A stretch of 64,000 nt of DNA, taken from NCBI GenBank assembly GCA_964453605.1, contig CAYVOI010000001.1, positions 166,276 through 230,275 on the forward strand. The letters are read 5' to 3'. Both the position numbers and the translations under genes were made by a program. Below, piece after piece: positions 9,431 to 18,361 of this stretch (the stretch's first letter is position 1; each line of letters begins with the position of its first letter). The notes below the pieces were generated by a model. It was not told the DNA's origin, made no database searches, and worked only from the letters and a program-made list of their open reading frames with translations. This DNA is from an uncultured Gammaproteobacteria bacterium. GTDB lineage: Bacteria; Patescibacteriota; Patescibacteriia; Veblenbacterales; UBA10138.

Positions 9431-9581
9431 AAGGTAGTGGTTAATGGTTATAGAGTAAAACGTTCGACCTTTGGGTGGTTACTACTATTATACGATATTT
9501 TACCAGATAAAGTTTCTCCTCCCTAGGCATATGTTCCTGAGGGGCCCTGGTTAACGTCAAAAAACCGCTAAGCTAAGGGTT

Positions 9582-9590
9582 TGGTATACT
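9582..9590 (+). promoter_or_regulatory. extended -10 promoter TGGTATACT, 7 nt before ATG 9597 (leaderless-type)
   Basis: Sequence ttTGGTATACTagaggcATG. Confidence 0.5.
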
Positions 9591-9596
9591 AGAGGC

Positions 9597-10211
9597 ATGC
9601 CAACGTTTGGTTTTACCGCCAGCGAACTTAAGGTTTTTAGGTCACTCCGTACTCCAGCCCTGATTCAGGACTTTTTGAACCGTATCCCCATTGTGGGAAA
9701 GGGCGGGGACCGCTGTCGGAGCCCCCGGCTGGTCCTTAAAGAACACCGGGCGCACTGTGTGGAGGGCGCGCTGTTAGGGGCTGCAGCCTTGAGGTTCTTA
9801 GGGTACCCGCCACTCATTGTAGATCTCCGATCTGCGCAACCAGACTATGACCACGTGGTGGCGGTGTGGCGTGCCCAGGGCCGCTGGGGAGCTTTGAGTA
9901 AAACAAACTACGGGGTGCTCCGGTACCGCGAACCCATTTACCGTGACATTCACGAGTTGGCTATGTCGTACTTTCATGAGTACTTTTTAGATACCGGCCG
10001 CAAAACGTTGCGGGACTTTTCTAAGCCTTTTGACCTCAGGCGTTTTGACAAGCGGCGATGGATGACCGTCGAAGAGGACGTGTGGTACATTCCCGAGGCT
10101 TTGGACAAGGTAGCACACACCGCGATACTGACCCCAGCGCAGGTGCGGAAGCTCCGGCGTGCCGACCCAATTGAAATTAAGCTGGGGAAACTTCGGCAGT
10201 GGAAGCCGTGA
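9597..10211 (+). CDS. hypothetical protein, possibly transglutaminase-like/papain-fold (Cys-His pair)
   Basis: AHCVEGALLGAA ... DYDHVVAVW spacing resembles transglutaminase-like core; weak. Confidence 0.45.
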   Translation: MPTFGFTASELKVFRSLRTPALIQDFLNRIPIVGKGGDRCRSPRLVLKEHRAHCVEGALLGAAALRFLGYPPLIVDLRSAQPDYDHVVAVWRAQGRWGALSKTNYGVLRYREPIYRDIHELAMSYFHEYFLDTGRKTLRDFSKPFDLRRFDKRRWMTVEEDVWYIPEALDKVAHTAILTPAQVRKLRRADPIEIKLGKLRQWKP

Positions 10212-10215
10212 GGTT

Positions 10216-11049
10216 ATGGTGAGCGTGCTCGCATTCCGTAAACAGGTTTGGGTGTGGTACCGTAGCCACGGCCGCCATAGTTTACCCTGGCGCCAAACGC
10301 AGAACCCCTACCGCGTGCTGGTGTCAGAAGTCATGCTGCAGCAGACACAAGTGCCACGCGTGCTGCCTAAGTACGCTGAGTTTGTGCACTCGTTTCCAAA
10401 CGTGCGAGCGCTCGCGCGAGCGCCACTCCGTAAGCTACTTAACGTTTGGCAGGGCTTAGGGTATAACCGCCGGGCGCTTAACCTGCGCAGGGCGGTGCAG
10501 GCAGTGGTAGGTACGCACCACGGCACAATGCCTAAGCGCGTGGCCGAACTAGAGCAGCTGCCAGGTGTGGGGCCGTACACGGCTCGAGCTGTAGCGAATC
10601 TAGCTTTTAACCAACCAGTGGCGCTACTTGAGACCAATATTCGTAAAGTTATTCTGCATCACTTTTTTCCTCGTCGTAAAAAGGTGACCGATAGAGAAGT
10701 AGTGGCTATTGCCGAACATTTACTCGACGCTAAGCGTCCCCGTGAATGGAATTTGGCACTCATGGACTACGGCGCCGCACACTTTAACGGTCGGGTACAG
10801 AACCCTAACCTGCGCAGCGCGCACTACACAAAGCAGTCCGCGTTTAAAGGCTCCCGTCGGTTTGTACGGGGTAAGGTAGTAGCTTTCCTGAGCCAACGCG
10901 GCTCGGTGAGTCGTGCCGAGCTCAGGCGCTACCTCAAAGCGCAAGGTCTTACGGCTCCCGAGCTAGCCCAGCTCAGTGCTGTGCTGGCGGCACTCAGCGC
11001 TGAGGGACTGGTTGTGCACCGGCGGACGCGGTATAGCTTGAGTGCCTAG
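10216..11049 (+). CDS. HhH-GPD superfamily base-excision DNA glycosylase (MutY/Nth-like) lacking the 4Fe-4S Cys motif, with C-terminal extension
   Basis: Start moved to ATG 10216 (MVSVLAF...); LVSEVMLQQTQV..., LPGVGPYTARAV HhH-GPD signature; no C-x6-C-x2-C-x5-C cluster. Confidence 0.7.
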   Translation: MVSVLAFRKQVWVWYRSHGRHSLPWRQTQNPYRVLVSEVMLQQTQVPRVLPKYAEFVHSFPNVRALARAPLRKLLNVWQGLGYNRRALNLRRAVQAVVGTHHGTMPKRVAELEQLPGVGPYTARAVANLAFNQPVALLETNIRKVILHHFFPRRKKVTDREVVAIAEHLLDAKRPREWNLALMDYGAAHFNGRVQNPNLRSAHYTKQSAFKGSRRFVRGKVVAFLSQRGSVSRAELRRYLKAQGLTAPELAQLSAVLAALSAEGLVVHRRTRYSLSA

Positions 11050-11128
11050 ATCCTGCTAGTTTATTCATGCCAGCTTCACCGCTGCCTGGCAGTGTTTTGG
11101 TACTTACCAAACTATAGCCACCTGGGTT

Positions 11129-11314
11129 ATGAAATCACTAGCTTGCCTTGACATTGTGGGGAGTAGAGCCTGCAGCTTTCTGGCTACCGGGGAAACTGAA
11201 GAAGAGGTAGTTGATGAAATGCAGCAACACGTAGAAGCTATGCACCCCAGCTTCGCTATTACGAGCGGCAAGCAGCTGATGGCCCTCATGCAATCAAAAA
11301 TGGAAGAAGTGTAA
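11129..11314 (+). CDS. DUF1059-family small protein (third paralog)
   Basis: MKSLACLDIVGSRACSFLATGETEEEVVDEMQQHVEAMHPSF... Confidence 0.7.
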   Translation: MKSLACLDIVGSRACSFLATGETEEEVVDEMQQHVEAMHPSFAITSGKQLMALMQSKMEEV

Positions 11315-11347
11315 GTAGCTAAAACCCACATGCAACATATTTGAAAA

Positions 11348-11374
11348 GAGCCCCTTGGGACCGGGGTTCTTTTC
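11348..11374 (+). terminator. rho-independent terminator
   Basis: GAGCCCC-ttgggacc-GGGGTTC followed by TTTTC. Confidence 0.5.
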
Positions 11375-11415
11375 ACTAATATTTTATGCGTATTCGTTTG
11401 GTATGCCGATAGCCC

Positions 11416-11445
11416 TTGACAAGTTTACTCTTAATGGGCTATAGT
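11416..11445 (+). promoter_or_regulatory. sigma70-like promoter TTGACA-18-TATAGT
   Basis: cccTTGACAagtttactcttaatgggcTATAGTac; ~100-nt leader follows. Confidence 0.55.
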
Positions 11446-11464
11446 ACACTGTTCTTTACCAAAC

Positions 11465-11522
11465 GTTTGTGATTTCCGATTGGAGGTCTCTATCCCCAGT
11501 TCTTTAGTCGTAAATCACAAAC
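11465..11522 (+). repeat. 11-bp perfect inverted repeat (GTTTGTGATTT ... AAATCACAAAC) in 5' leader of island gene
   Basis: Arms separated by 36 nt; read directly. Confidence 0.6.
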
Positions 11523-11548
11523 CATAACATAACAGAGGGAAAACTAAA

Positions 11549-12169
11549 ATGAATAATATGCTGCTGCCGACAGAAATAGATAGCATCTTTAGTTTACTTA
11601 GGGCTGCATTTCCCAACGTGAATCAATTTTCTGATGAGATACGTCAACTATTGATTCATAACGCGGCCGACGTAACTAAAGAAACCATTACCGCAATCAC
11701 CGATGCCTTAATACGACTGGTGGCGAGGACGACGACTACTATAGTACTTACTCTTGATGTTGATCGCTCTCGTTCGCCTGAAGAGATGCTTGAAGCGACG
11801 AAATTTTTTTCCAGGGAGTCGAGTACCGATGGTTCTCATCTAGCCAACATGCCACGTGCGGGCAGTACACGTCAAGTTGTAGAGCTGTTCCGGCTTGAAT
11901 CATATACTGTCGGTTATCAGTTAGAGCTGGAACGTAAGCGGCGTGGTTATAAAACGCTGCTTGATTCATACCAACTAGGGTCCATTGCGGAGAAATATCC
12001 CGCCTTCGCTGATGAATGTACGCTGGTTACTCAATGGAAGAAGCCGGGGAGCCCTTATTGGGTTAGCTTAGTTTTTAAGCAATACCAAGGAAGACGCTTG
12101 GCTTCAATCAGTAAGCGTGGTGAGAACTACGATTGGCGTGGTCCTTGTTGGTGTGGTGGCATTCGTTAA
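11549..12169 (+). CDS. hypothetical protein (ORFan) in AT-rich islet
   Basis: SD AGAGGGA upstream; local AT-richness contrasts with flanks; no recognisable domain. Confidence 0.5.
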   Translation: MNNMLLPTEIDSIFSLLRAAFPNVNQFSDEIRQLLIHNAADVTKETITAITDALIRLVARTTTTIVLTLDVDRSRSPEEMLEATKFFSRESSTDGSHLANMPRAGSTRQVVELFRLESYTVGYQLELERKRRGYKTLLDSYQLGSIAEKYPAFADECTLVTQWKKPGSPYWVSLVFKQYQGRRLASISKRGENYDWRGPCWCGGIR

Positions 12170-12232
12170 TTAAGTGCATGTCCGTTAAGAAAATTAGAGC
12201 CCCGCGATAACATCAAGGGGCTTTTATAATAT

Positions 12233-12255
12233 AAAAAACCACTCTCATCGAGTGG
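12233..12255 (-). terminator. terminator hairpin after tRNA-Glu
   Basis: minus-strand CCACTC-gatgag-AGTGG followed by TTTTT. Confidence 0.5.
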
Positions 12256-12266
12256 TGTGGAAGTAC

Positions 12267-12344
12267 TGGTACCGCCACCGGGATTCGAACCCGGGTTACC
12301 AGGATGAAAACCTGGCGTCCTAGACCGGCCTAGACGATGGCGGC
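12267..12344 (-). tRNA. tRNA-Glu (anticodon UUC)
   Basis: Minus-strand read GCCGCCATCGTCTAGGCCGGTCTAGGACGCCAGGTTTTCATCCTGGTAACCCGGGTTCGAATCCCGGTGGCGGTACCA; anticodon loop TTTTCAT; CCA encoded. Confidence 0.85.
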
Positions 12345-12489
12345 AAAAAAGTGAGCAGAATGTAAATGTCCTAACCATTACCCCGCCTCAAGCGGGGGCA
12401 GGGACGATAGGGCTGTGAGCGTAGGCATTCTAGGTTCTCCTAACACGTGCGTCAAGGCGCCAAGCCTTGCTCCGGGCCCCTGCCTTACC

Positions 12490-12495
12490 TATACT
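12490..12495 (+). promoter_or_regulatory. -10 box TATACT 8 nt before hsp20 ATG
   Basis: cctTATACTaagagcgtATG. Confidence 0.4.
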
Positions 12496-12503
12496 AAGAG
12501 CGT

Positions 12504-12950
12504 ATGGCTAAGCTTTTTGTGCCTGAGCGCTCCAGAATAGATGACACCCAACAGGTGGTGCCAAACGTGGCGGCTGAAGCGGTTGAAGCCGCCTGGGCCC
12601 AGGCTGAGTACGAGGGGCAACTTTCGGTGGACGTATACCAAACTGAAGAGGCCCTGGTCATTACCTCCACCATAGCTGGCGTAAATCCGGAGGACTTAGA
12701 GGTGACGCTCAACAACGACGTGGTGACCATACGGGGTAAGCGTCGGCCTGAGCAGGTGGTGCCACCGGAAGACTACTTCTACCGCGAGTGCTACTGGGGT
12801 GGGTTTTCGCGTTCCATTGTGCTGCCCATGGAGGTCAAGGCCGAAGCTGTGCAAGCCAGGCTTCGGCACGGGGTGCTAACCGTGGTTCTCCCCAAAGCTC
12901 TTCACCCTAAGGCCGTGGCGGTTAAGATTGAGCCGCAGGACGAAGCCTAA
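12504..12950 (+). CDS. Hsp20/alpha-crystallin family small heat-shock protein
   Basis: ACD core: LSVDVYQTEEALVITSTIAGVNPEDLEVTL...GVLTVVLPK. Confidence 0.85.
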   Translation: MAKLFVPERSRIDDTQQVVPNVAAEAVEAAWAQAEYEGQLSVDVYQTEEALVITSTIAGVNPEDLEVTLNNDVVTIRGKRRPEQVVPPEDYFYRECYWGGFSRSIVLPMEVKAEAVQARLRHGVLTVVLPKALHPKAVAVKIEPQDEA

Positions 12951-12953
12951 GGT

Positions 12954-14816
12954 ATGTGGTTTTGGGTTAGCCGCCATCGTGTACTTGGGTGGCTTGGTTT
13001 GGCAGTGTTGGTTATGGCTCTAGCTGGTGGGGCGTCGGTTGCTTACGTTACCGCAGCCTACCAGAGTAGGGTGCTGCCGCGGGTTCACGTGGGCGCGCTG
13101 GATCTCAGTGGTTTAACCCGTGATCAAGCTGAACGGCAGCTGCAGCAAGCCTGGGATAGGGTTACCTCAGCTGGTATACCGGTGAAGGCTGGGCCCTACG
13201 AGCTCACGCTCACGCCGATTGTGAGCTCGCCTACTGACCCTGACCTCACCTACGAGCTGGTGCACTTTGACGCGGCACGTAATGCCGAGCGTGCCTTTGC
13301 GCTGGGGCATAAGGGGCAGTGGTGGCAGCGCTGGTTCATGCCGCTTATTGCCCTGGCGCGTAAACCCATGCTTAAGCCTGAGTTTGAGATTAACGCCGAT
13401 CAGGTGGCAACGTACCTGAGGGAGAACTTGCCGCAGCTGGAGCAGCCACCCCACCCCGCCCGTATTGCTATTGATGATTTTGGAAACTTAAGCGCACTGC
13501 CCGAGGCACCTGGGTTGGCCATTGATGTGGCCGGTTTTGCTCGTGAGCTTGAGGGTGCACTTACCCCCCTGCGCGCGCCCCTTGAGGCACTGGAGGTGCA
13601 GCTCACCTTAGTCAAGCCGCAGCTCACTGAAGCCGAGGTGCTAGCCAAGCTTCCTGAAGTTCGCCAGCTCATGCAGCCTAACGAGTTGGTGTTTACCTTT
13701 GAGCAGACCACCTGGCACGCGTCCGCCAGAACCTGGCAGCGCTGGCTCGAGGTGCGGCCGGCGGAAGGTGGCCTTGGCGTTGGGCTAAGTGAGCAGGCGG
13801 CGGCTGAGTTTTTTACCGCCATTAGTGAGCAGGTGAACCAACCTACTCAGGACGCTCGGGTAGAAGTTGCCGAGGGTAGGGTAGCGACCTTTACGCCAAG
13901 CCGCCAAGGCCGCACGGTTGATGTAGCGGCTACCCTAGCCTCTGCTGAAGCCTTGCTCAAAACTGGCCAGTTCGCACCGTTGCCGCTCACGGTGCGAACT
14001 ACCGAGCCCACTATTACCACCGCTGATGCCAATAGCTTAGGCATTACCGAAATAATCGGCGTTGGTGTCTCCAATTTTGCCCGTAGCCCTAAGAACCGGC
14101 GCGCCAACATTCGTACCGGGGCAGCTAAGCTCAATGGTGTCATTATAAAGCCCGACGAGGAGTTTTCACTTGTTAAAACGTTAGGCGATATCAACCAGGA
14201 CGCTGGCTACCTGCCCGAGCTGGTTATCAAAGGGGACAAAACCATTCCTGAGTTTGGCGGCGGGCTGTGCCAAATAGGCACCACCACCTTCCGGGCGGCC
14301 CTGGCCACCGGCCTGCCTATCTTAGAGCGCCGTAACCACTCGTACCGTGTGCCGTACTACGAGCCCGCCGGCACCGACGCCACTATCTACGACCCCAAGC
14401 CCGACCTGAGGTTTAAGAACGACACGGGCCATGCCATACTCATTCAAACCTCTATTACAGGGGATACCCTCACGTTCGAATTCTGGGGTACCGCTGACGG
14501 CCGCACCGTGGAGCAGACAAAACCCCTGCTCTCTAACTTTGTGCATCCCGACCCGTCGAAGCTGGTTCAAACTGAAGATCTGCCCGTTGGCACCAAGAAG
14601 TGTACGGAGAAAGCTCATGTAGGGGCTGACGCCAAGTTCACCTACACCGTAACCTATGCGGACGGCCATGTAGAGAGCCAGGTGTTCAAGAGCCACTACG
14701 TGCCGTGGCAGGAGGTGTGCCTTATCGGCGTGCCCAAAGGCACTCTGTCGCCCACGCCCGCTGGTGGGCCAGAGGTGTTGCCTTCCGCTGACACCTCGGG
14801 GGCCATAGGGAACTAG
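12954..14816 (+). CDS. VanW-family protein (N-terminal TM anchor, PG-binding-like region, C-terminal VanW domain)
   Basis: GGGLCQIGTTTFRAALATGLPILERRNHSYRVPYYEP motif of VanW domain. Confidence 0.8.
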   Translation: MWFWVSRHRVLGWLGLAVLVMALAGGASVAYVTAAYQSRVLPRVHVGALDLSGLTRDQAERQLQQAWDRVTSAGIPVKAGPYELTLTPIVSSPTDPDLTYELVHFDAARNAERAFALGHKGQWWQRWFMPLIALARKPMLKPEFEINADQVATYLRENLPQLEQPPHPARIAIDDFGNLSALPEAPGLAIDVAGFARELEGALTPLRAPLEALEVQLTLVKPQLTEAEVLAKLPEVRQLMQPNELVFTFEQTTWHASARTWQRWLEVRPAEGGLGVGLSEQAAAEFFTAISEQVNQPTQDARVEVAEGRVATFTPSRQGRTVDVAATLASAEALLKTGQFAPLPLTVRTTEPTITTADANSLGITEIIGVGVSNFARSPKNRRANIRTGAAKLNGVIIKPDEEFSLVKTLGDINQDAGYLPELVIKGDKTIPEFGGGLCQIGTTTFRAALATGLPILERRNHSYRVPYYEPAGTDATIYDPKPDLRFKNDTGHAILIQTSITGDTLTFEFWGTADGRTVEQTKPLLSNFVHPDPSKLVQTEDLPVGTKKCTEKAHVGADAKFTYTVTYADGHVESQVFKSHYVPWQEVCLIGVPKGTLSPTPAGGPEVLPSADTSGAIGN

Positions 14817-14830
14817 CTCGTAGATAGACA

Positions 14831-14860
14831 AAACCCCGGCTCAGTGAGTCCGGGGTTTTT
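14831..14860 (+). terminator. rho-independent terminator after VanW gene
   Basis: AAAACCCCGG-ctcagtgagt-CCGGGGTTTTT. Confidence 0.8.
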
Positions 14861-15095
14861 GGGCAGAGTAGCCACGGTTATAGCTACCGTATCGCTACCG
14901 CCTGCGCTTCGGGGAACTGCGACCAGAGTTGGTAATAGTGATGCTGAGTCTGGTCATACGGTTGAACTTCCGCCACAGCCACGGTCGGTGGGGGAGTTCC
15001 CAGGCCCCAATCTGTTGGTGGGGGGAGATAAACTGCAGTATCTCGTTTACCGTGGTTCGCACCGGCAATTTGATGTCGCTCAACTCGAGCTGTAG

Positions 15096-15431
15096 GTGCG
15101 CACACGGGATGACGTTGTGAGGCGCTTTGAGCAAGAAGTAGAGTGGCGTGTCGCCACGCTCTCGTCCGCTGTGGCCGAAGACAACCACGTTCGGCGATTT
15201 ACGCTCGCGTTCGAGCGTCAGGTTAAAGCCCTCGAGGAGCTGGGTGGGAGGTTGGCTGGGGCCAAGGGCGACGCCGGCGAGCTGGTCGGCCGGGATTGGT
15301 CGGCTGTTAGCGTGGCTGTTTTCAGTCGCATTAAGAATGGCGATTTTAATGGACATAAGACCTCCTATGTTTGTTGGTGGTTGTTTGGGTTTGGTTGCCT
15401 GCTGTTACACGTTTATAACACAGTACCTTAG
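15096..15431 (+). CDS. uncertain small ORF (111 aa, helical N-part and C-terminal hydrophobic tail); GTG start immediately after an in-frame TAG that closes ORF 14844..15095
   Basis: G-enrichment at first codon positions and helical composition favour + frame over antisense ORF 14895..15356; plus-strand terminator lies downstream at 15654..15677. Confidence 0.3.
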   Translation: MRTRDDVVRRFEQEVEWRVATLSSAVAEDNHVRRFTLAFERQVKALEELGGRLAGAKGDAGELVGRDWSAVSVAVFSRIKNGDFNGHKTSYVCWWLFGFGCLLLHVYNTVP

Positions 15432-15653
15432 CATAACGTTTTAGTTCGTCAAGCTCGTAAAAAACAGGCACCCTTGCACGTTTGGGCACGCGCCCTACAC
15501 TTATGGAGAAACAAAAGATACCCCAGGAGGGGGTGGCAAGAAAATCTTCGTTGGCGTAGCTGAGCCAGAGCCCGGCTAGCCAGACAGTAGATTCCCATGC
15601 TTGTCGTGCCACCTCCTCTCGGGGTACCTGTAGTGTCTGCACTGTTCCGTACT

Positions 15654-15677
15654 AGGCCTTGTTTTAGGCCTGTTTTT
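15654..15677 (+). terminator. plus-strand rho-independent terminator with no annotated gene immediately upstream
   Basis: AGGCCTTGTTTTAGGCCT followed by GTTTTT. Confidence 0.55.
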
Positions 15678-15781
15678 CTAGTGTTTCGCCCATAGGCAAG
15701 GGTACGAAACATGCCAGCTTAGCACAGGGGCCGAACCTTGTCAAGGCCCATTGGTTAGTACGTTAAAAGGTAAAAATAATA

Positions 15782-15811
15782 GAGGCTACTCGCAATATTG
15801 CGAGTAGCCTC
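15782..15811 (-). terminator. perfect 14-bp-arm palindromic terminator downstream of minus-strand 312-aa gene
   Basis: GAGGCTACTCGCAA-ta-TTGCGAGTAGCCTC; T-run follows on minus strand (complement of AAAAATAAT). Confidence 0.7.
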
Positions 15812-15886
15812 TTAAGTTGCGAACCCTAGACCCAAGCCGCCTTGGGCGGAACACAAGGTTCAATTATTCGAACATCAAGGTACAGA

Positions 15887-16825
15887 TTACTGCGGTAGGA
15901 AGCCGGACACCGCGCCGCAGTTCCGATCGACAAAGCCAACCCAGTAGCCGACGAACCTCAGCTGACCGTCGTAGAAGCGGAAGTACAGCGAGAGCGAGAA
16001 ATCGCCATCGGCCTCAAGAGAATATTCGTCTCCTGCACAGTTCATGTCGAGTTCCTCGGTACGGACCGCGCGATCCGGATGCGTCAGCAACATGCAGCCG
16101 ACCTGAAACGCGCCGAGACCAAACTCGGTGAGCTTGTTCATGAGCTCGCGGCTGCGCTGGGTAGATTTGCCGCGGTACTTCAAGCCGAACTGACACGGAA
16201 TGACGAGCATGTCGCCAGGCTGCTGCTCGCCGATCCTGCCCAGGAACTTCGTCGTGCGTTCGCACTGACGAACGTACTCGGGACCGAGCTCGCCCTCGCG
16301 GTAGTTCTGGAACTTCCTGGTCGAGCCGATGATGGCGACAACTTTCTGCAACGCCTCGTGGTACGTCGGTGCGACCTTGTCGGGTCGCGGAATAGCGAAG
16401 TACCCCTCGGCACCGGCAGGTAACGTGAGTGTCGGCAGAACGGTTTTGATCCATTTGTTCGTCTGCTCAACCTTGAGCTCTGGGAAGTGCTTCGTCAGAA
16501 TGGCAATTTGTTCGGCAAGCGGCTTGTACGTGTACTCGGGCGGATAGGTGTAGCTCGAGGCCACTTCCTCGTCGGCGTACTGGTCGGAGACTGTCAGGCT
16601 CTCGATTTTTGCCAGAACCGCGTCAACCGCTGCGTTCTGCAGCTTACCGCCGCTCTTGATCACGACCTGGGCGTAGGTTTTGTCGAGCGCCACGCGCTTG
16701 CGAACAAGCTCGTACACCTTGGGTGCCATGTCTTCGAATAAACGTTTGATTTGCTTCCACTGTTCGTCGGTCGCTGGTTCGACCGTTGCAACTTCAGATG
16801 TCATTGATCCGTTGATCATGATCAT
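15887..16825 (-). CDS. hypothetical protein, 312 aa, unknown function (true start may be second/third Met near 16819)
   Basis: Longest ORF with natural composition in locally GC-skewed region; SD AAAGGGGA upstream; dedicated terminator. Confidence 0.6.
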   Translation of the reverse strand: MIMINGSMTSEVATVEPATDEQWKQIKRLFEDMAPKVYELVRKRVALDKTYAQVVIKSGGKLQNAAVDAVLAKIESLTVSDQYADEEVASSYTYPPEYTYKPLAEQIAILTKHFPELKVEQTNKWIKTVLPTLTLPAGAEGYFAIPRPDKVAPTYHEALQKVVAIIGSTRKFQNYREGELGPEYVRQCERTTKFLGRIGEQQPGDMLVIPCQFGLKYRGKSTQRSRELMNKLTEFGLGAFQVGCMLLTHPDRAVRTEELDMNCAGDEYSLEADGDFSLSLYFRFYDGQLRFVGYWVGFVDRNCGAVSGFLPQ

Positions 16826-17057
16826 CCCCTTTCTTTATGTTTGTGAAACAATAGCGGTTTATGGCAGGTGCAAACCTTACGTAGTATCTATATTCGTTTA
16901 CCCCTACCAACCTAACTAAAACTATCTGGTTTCAGTTACGTTGGCGGGGGTAACATAATTTGTTAAGGAACAACCTATAGTACCCTTATTTTCAGGCGTA
17001 GTCAATAGCTAGTGCCTTGCCGCACAGCCCTCTGCCACGGTATGCTGAAGGTGCGCT

Positions 17058-18095
17058 ATGGCAACTGAAGAACAAGCAGCTCCGCGCCTTGTAACTGGCG
17101 AGGAACAAACTACAGACCGCGAGCTCGACACCCAGCTCCGGCCAAAGTCTTTGCGTGAGTACGTGGGGCAAACCCAGGTTAAGGCGAACTTAGAAATTTT
17201 CTTGGAGGCCGCTCGCCAGCGCGGCGAACCGATTGAACACGTGCTGCTCTATGGCCCACCGGGGTTAGGTAAAACTACGCTGGCCCACATTATTGCAGCC
17301 GAGATGAAGGCGCCTATCAAGGTAACTTCGGGCCCGGCCATTGAGCGTGCGGGGGACTTGGCGGCCATACTTACCAACCTTGAGCCGGGGAGTATTCTCT
17401 TTATTGATGAAATTCACCGTCTGAACAAGGTGATTGAGGAGGTGCTGTACCCGGCGATGGAGGAGTACGCGCTTGATTTGGTAATTGGTAAGGGGCCGTC
17501 AGCGCGTACGCTCCGGCTCGACTTGCCAAAGTTTACGCTCATTGGTGCCACTACGCGCTACCACCTACTTTCTGGGCCTCTCCGAAACCGGTTTGGTGCT
17601 ACCTACCGCTTGAATTTTTACCAGCCAGAGGAAATGGCGAAGATCGTGGAACGCTCTGCTAAGCTCCTCAGCCTACCTTTAGGCAAGGGGGCGAGTGAGG
17701 CGGTGGCTATTCGCTCGCGCGCTACTCCGCGGGTTTCCAACCGGCTCCTCAAGCGCGTGCGGGACTACGTTCAGGTGAAGGGTAGTGGCGCGGTGACGCC
17801 TGAGCTCGCCATTGCCGCGCTCGATCAGTTGGCAGTGGACCCGGTAGGGCTTGACGATCTAGACCGGCAAATCTTGCGGATTATTATAGAGAAGTTTAAG
17901 GGTGGCCCGGTGGGGCTAAACTCAGTGGCCGCCGCGCTCCAGGAGGAAATGGGCACCATTGAAGAGATTTACGAGCCCTTCCTCATGCAACTCGGGTTTC
18001 TGGCCCGAACTCCGCGGGGTAGGGTGGTGACCGAGGCGGCCTATGAGCACCTGGGGCTCCCTGTCCCAAACCAAAACCAGCACCGCTTGGTCTAA
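17058..18095 (+). CDS. ruvB: Holliday junction branch-migration ATPase RuvB
   Basis: [12 protein letters not shown]...[18 protein letters not shown], sensor motifs, 345 aa. Confidence 0.95.
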   Translation: MATEEQAAPRLVTGEEQTTDRELDTQLRPKSLREYVGQTQVKANLEIFLEAARQRGEPIEHVLLYGPPGLGKTTLAHIIAAEMKAPIKVTSGPAIERAGDLAAILTNLEPGSILFIDEIHRLNKVIEEVLYPAMEEYALDLVIGKGPSARTLRLDLPKFTLIGATTRYHLLSGPLRNRFGATYRLNFYQPEEMAKIVERSAKLLSLPLGKGASEAVAIRSRATPRVSNRLLKRVRDYVQVKGSGAVTPELAIAALDQLAVDPVGLDDLDRQILRIIIEKFKGGPVGLNSVAAALQEEMGTIEEIYEPFLMQLGFLARTPRGRVVTEAAYEHLGLPVPNQNQHRLV

Positions 18096-18098
18096 CCT

Positions 18099-18350
18099 AT
18101 GGCTATTCCGTTCACTATATTTTTAGGGCTCTACCTACTAGCAGTGTTCATTGTGCTCCTCTTCGGGCTGGCCAGTCTGTATCACCTCTTGAAGTTTGGG
18201 GTGCTCTCTACCACCTCGGTCACTATGACCTTTCTGCTCTGGGCCGGCACCATTAGTATTTTGTTTGCCTCATATCGTTTTATTTCTGCCTTTGATTGGA
18301 GCCAGAGTTTCGATGTGGTGAACTTTGCGGTGAGCCTCAAACCGTTCTAG
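18099..18350 (+). CDS. small membrane protein (2 TM)
   Basis: Hydrophobic 83-aa ORF immediately after ruvB. Confidence 0.4.
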   Translation: MAIPFTIFLGLYLLAVFIVLLFGLASLYHLLKFGVLSTTSVTMTFLLWAGTISILFASYRFISAFDWSQSFDVVNFAVSLKPF

Positions 18351-18361
18351 CCCTTACCCCG

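Noticed and set aside
12361-12480. Hairpin CCCCGCctcaaGCGGGG and surrounding 120 nt upstream of hsp20 as possible second tRNA or small RNA
   Set aside because: No cloverleaf can be drawn; lacks T-run for a terminator; most likely promoter-proximal structure of tRNA-Glu/hsp20 intergenic region.
14895-15356. Minus-strand 153-aa ORF
   Set aside because: Exactly codon-phased antisense to the plus ORF 15096..15431; translation is Arg/Ser/Pro-rich junk-like at its C-terminus and first-codon-position G enrichment favours the plus frame. Kept only as a low-confidence alternative.
16014-16547. Multiple overlapping ORFs (16014..16454 -, 16180..16470 -, 16079..16423 +, 16329..16547 +)
   Set aside because: Alternative frames of the GC-rich 312-aa gene; Arg/Ala-rich low-complexity translations typical of off-frame reading of high-GC coding DNA.
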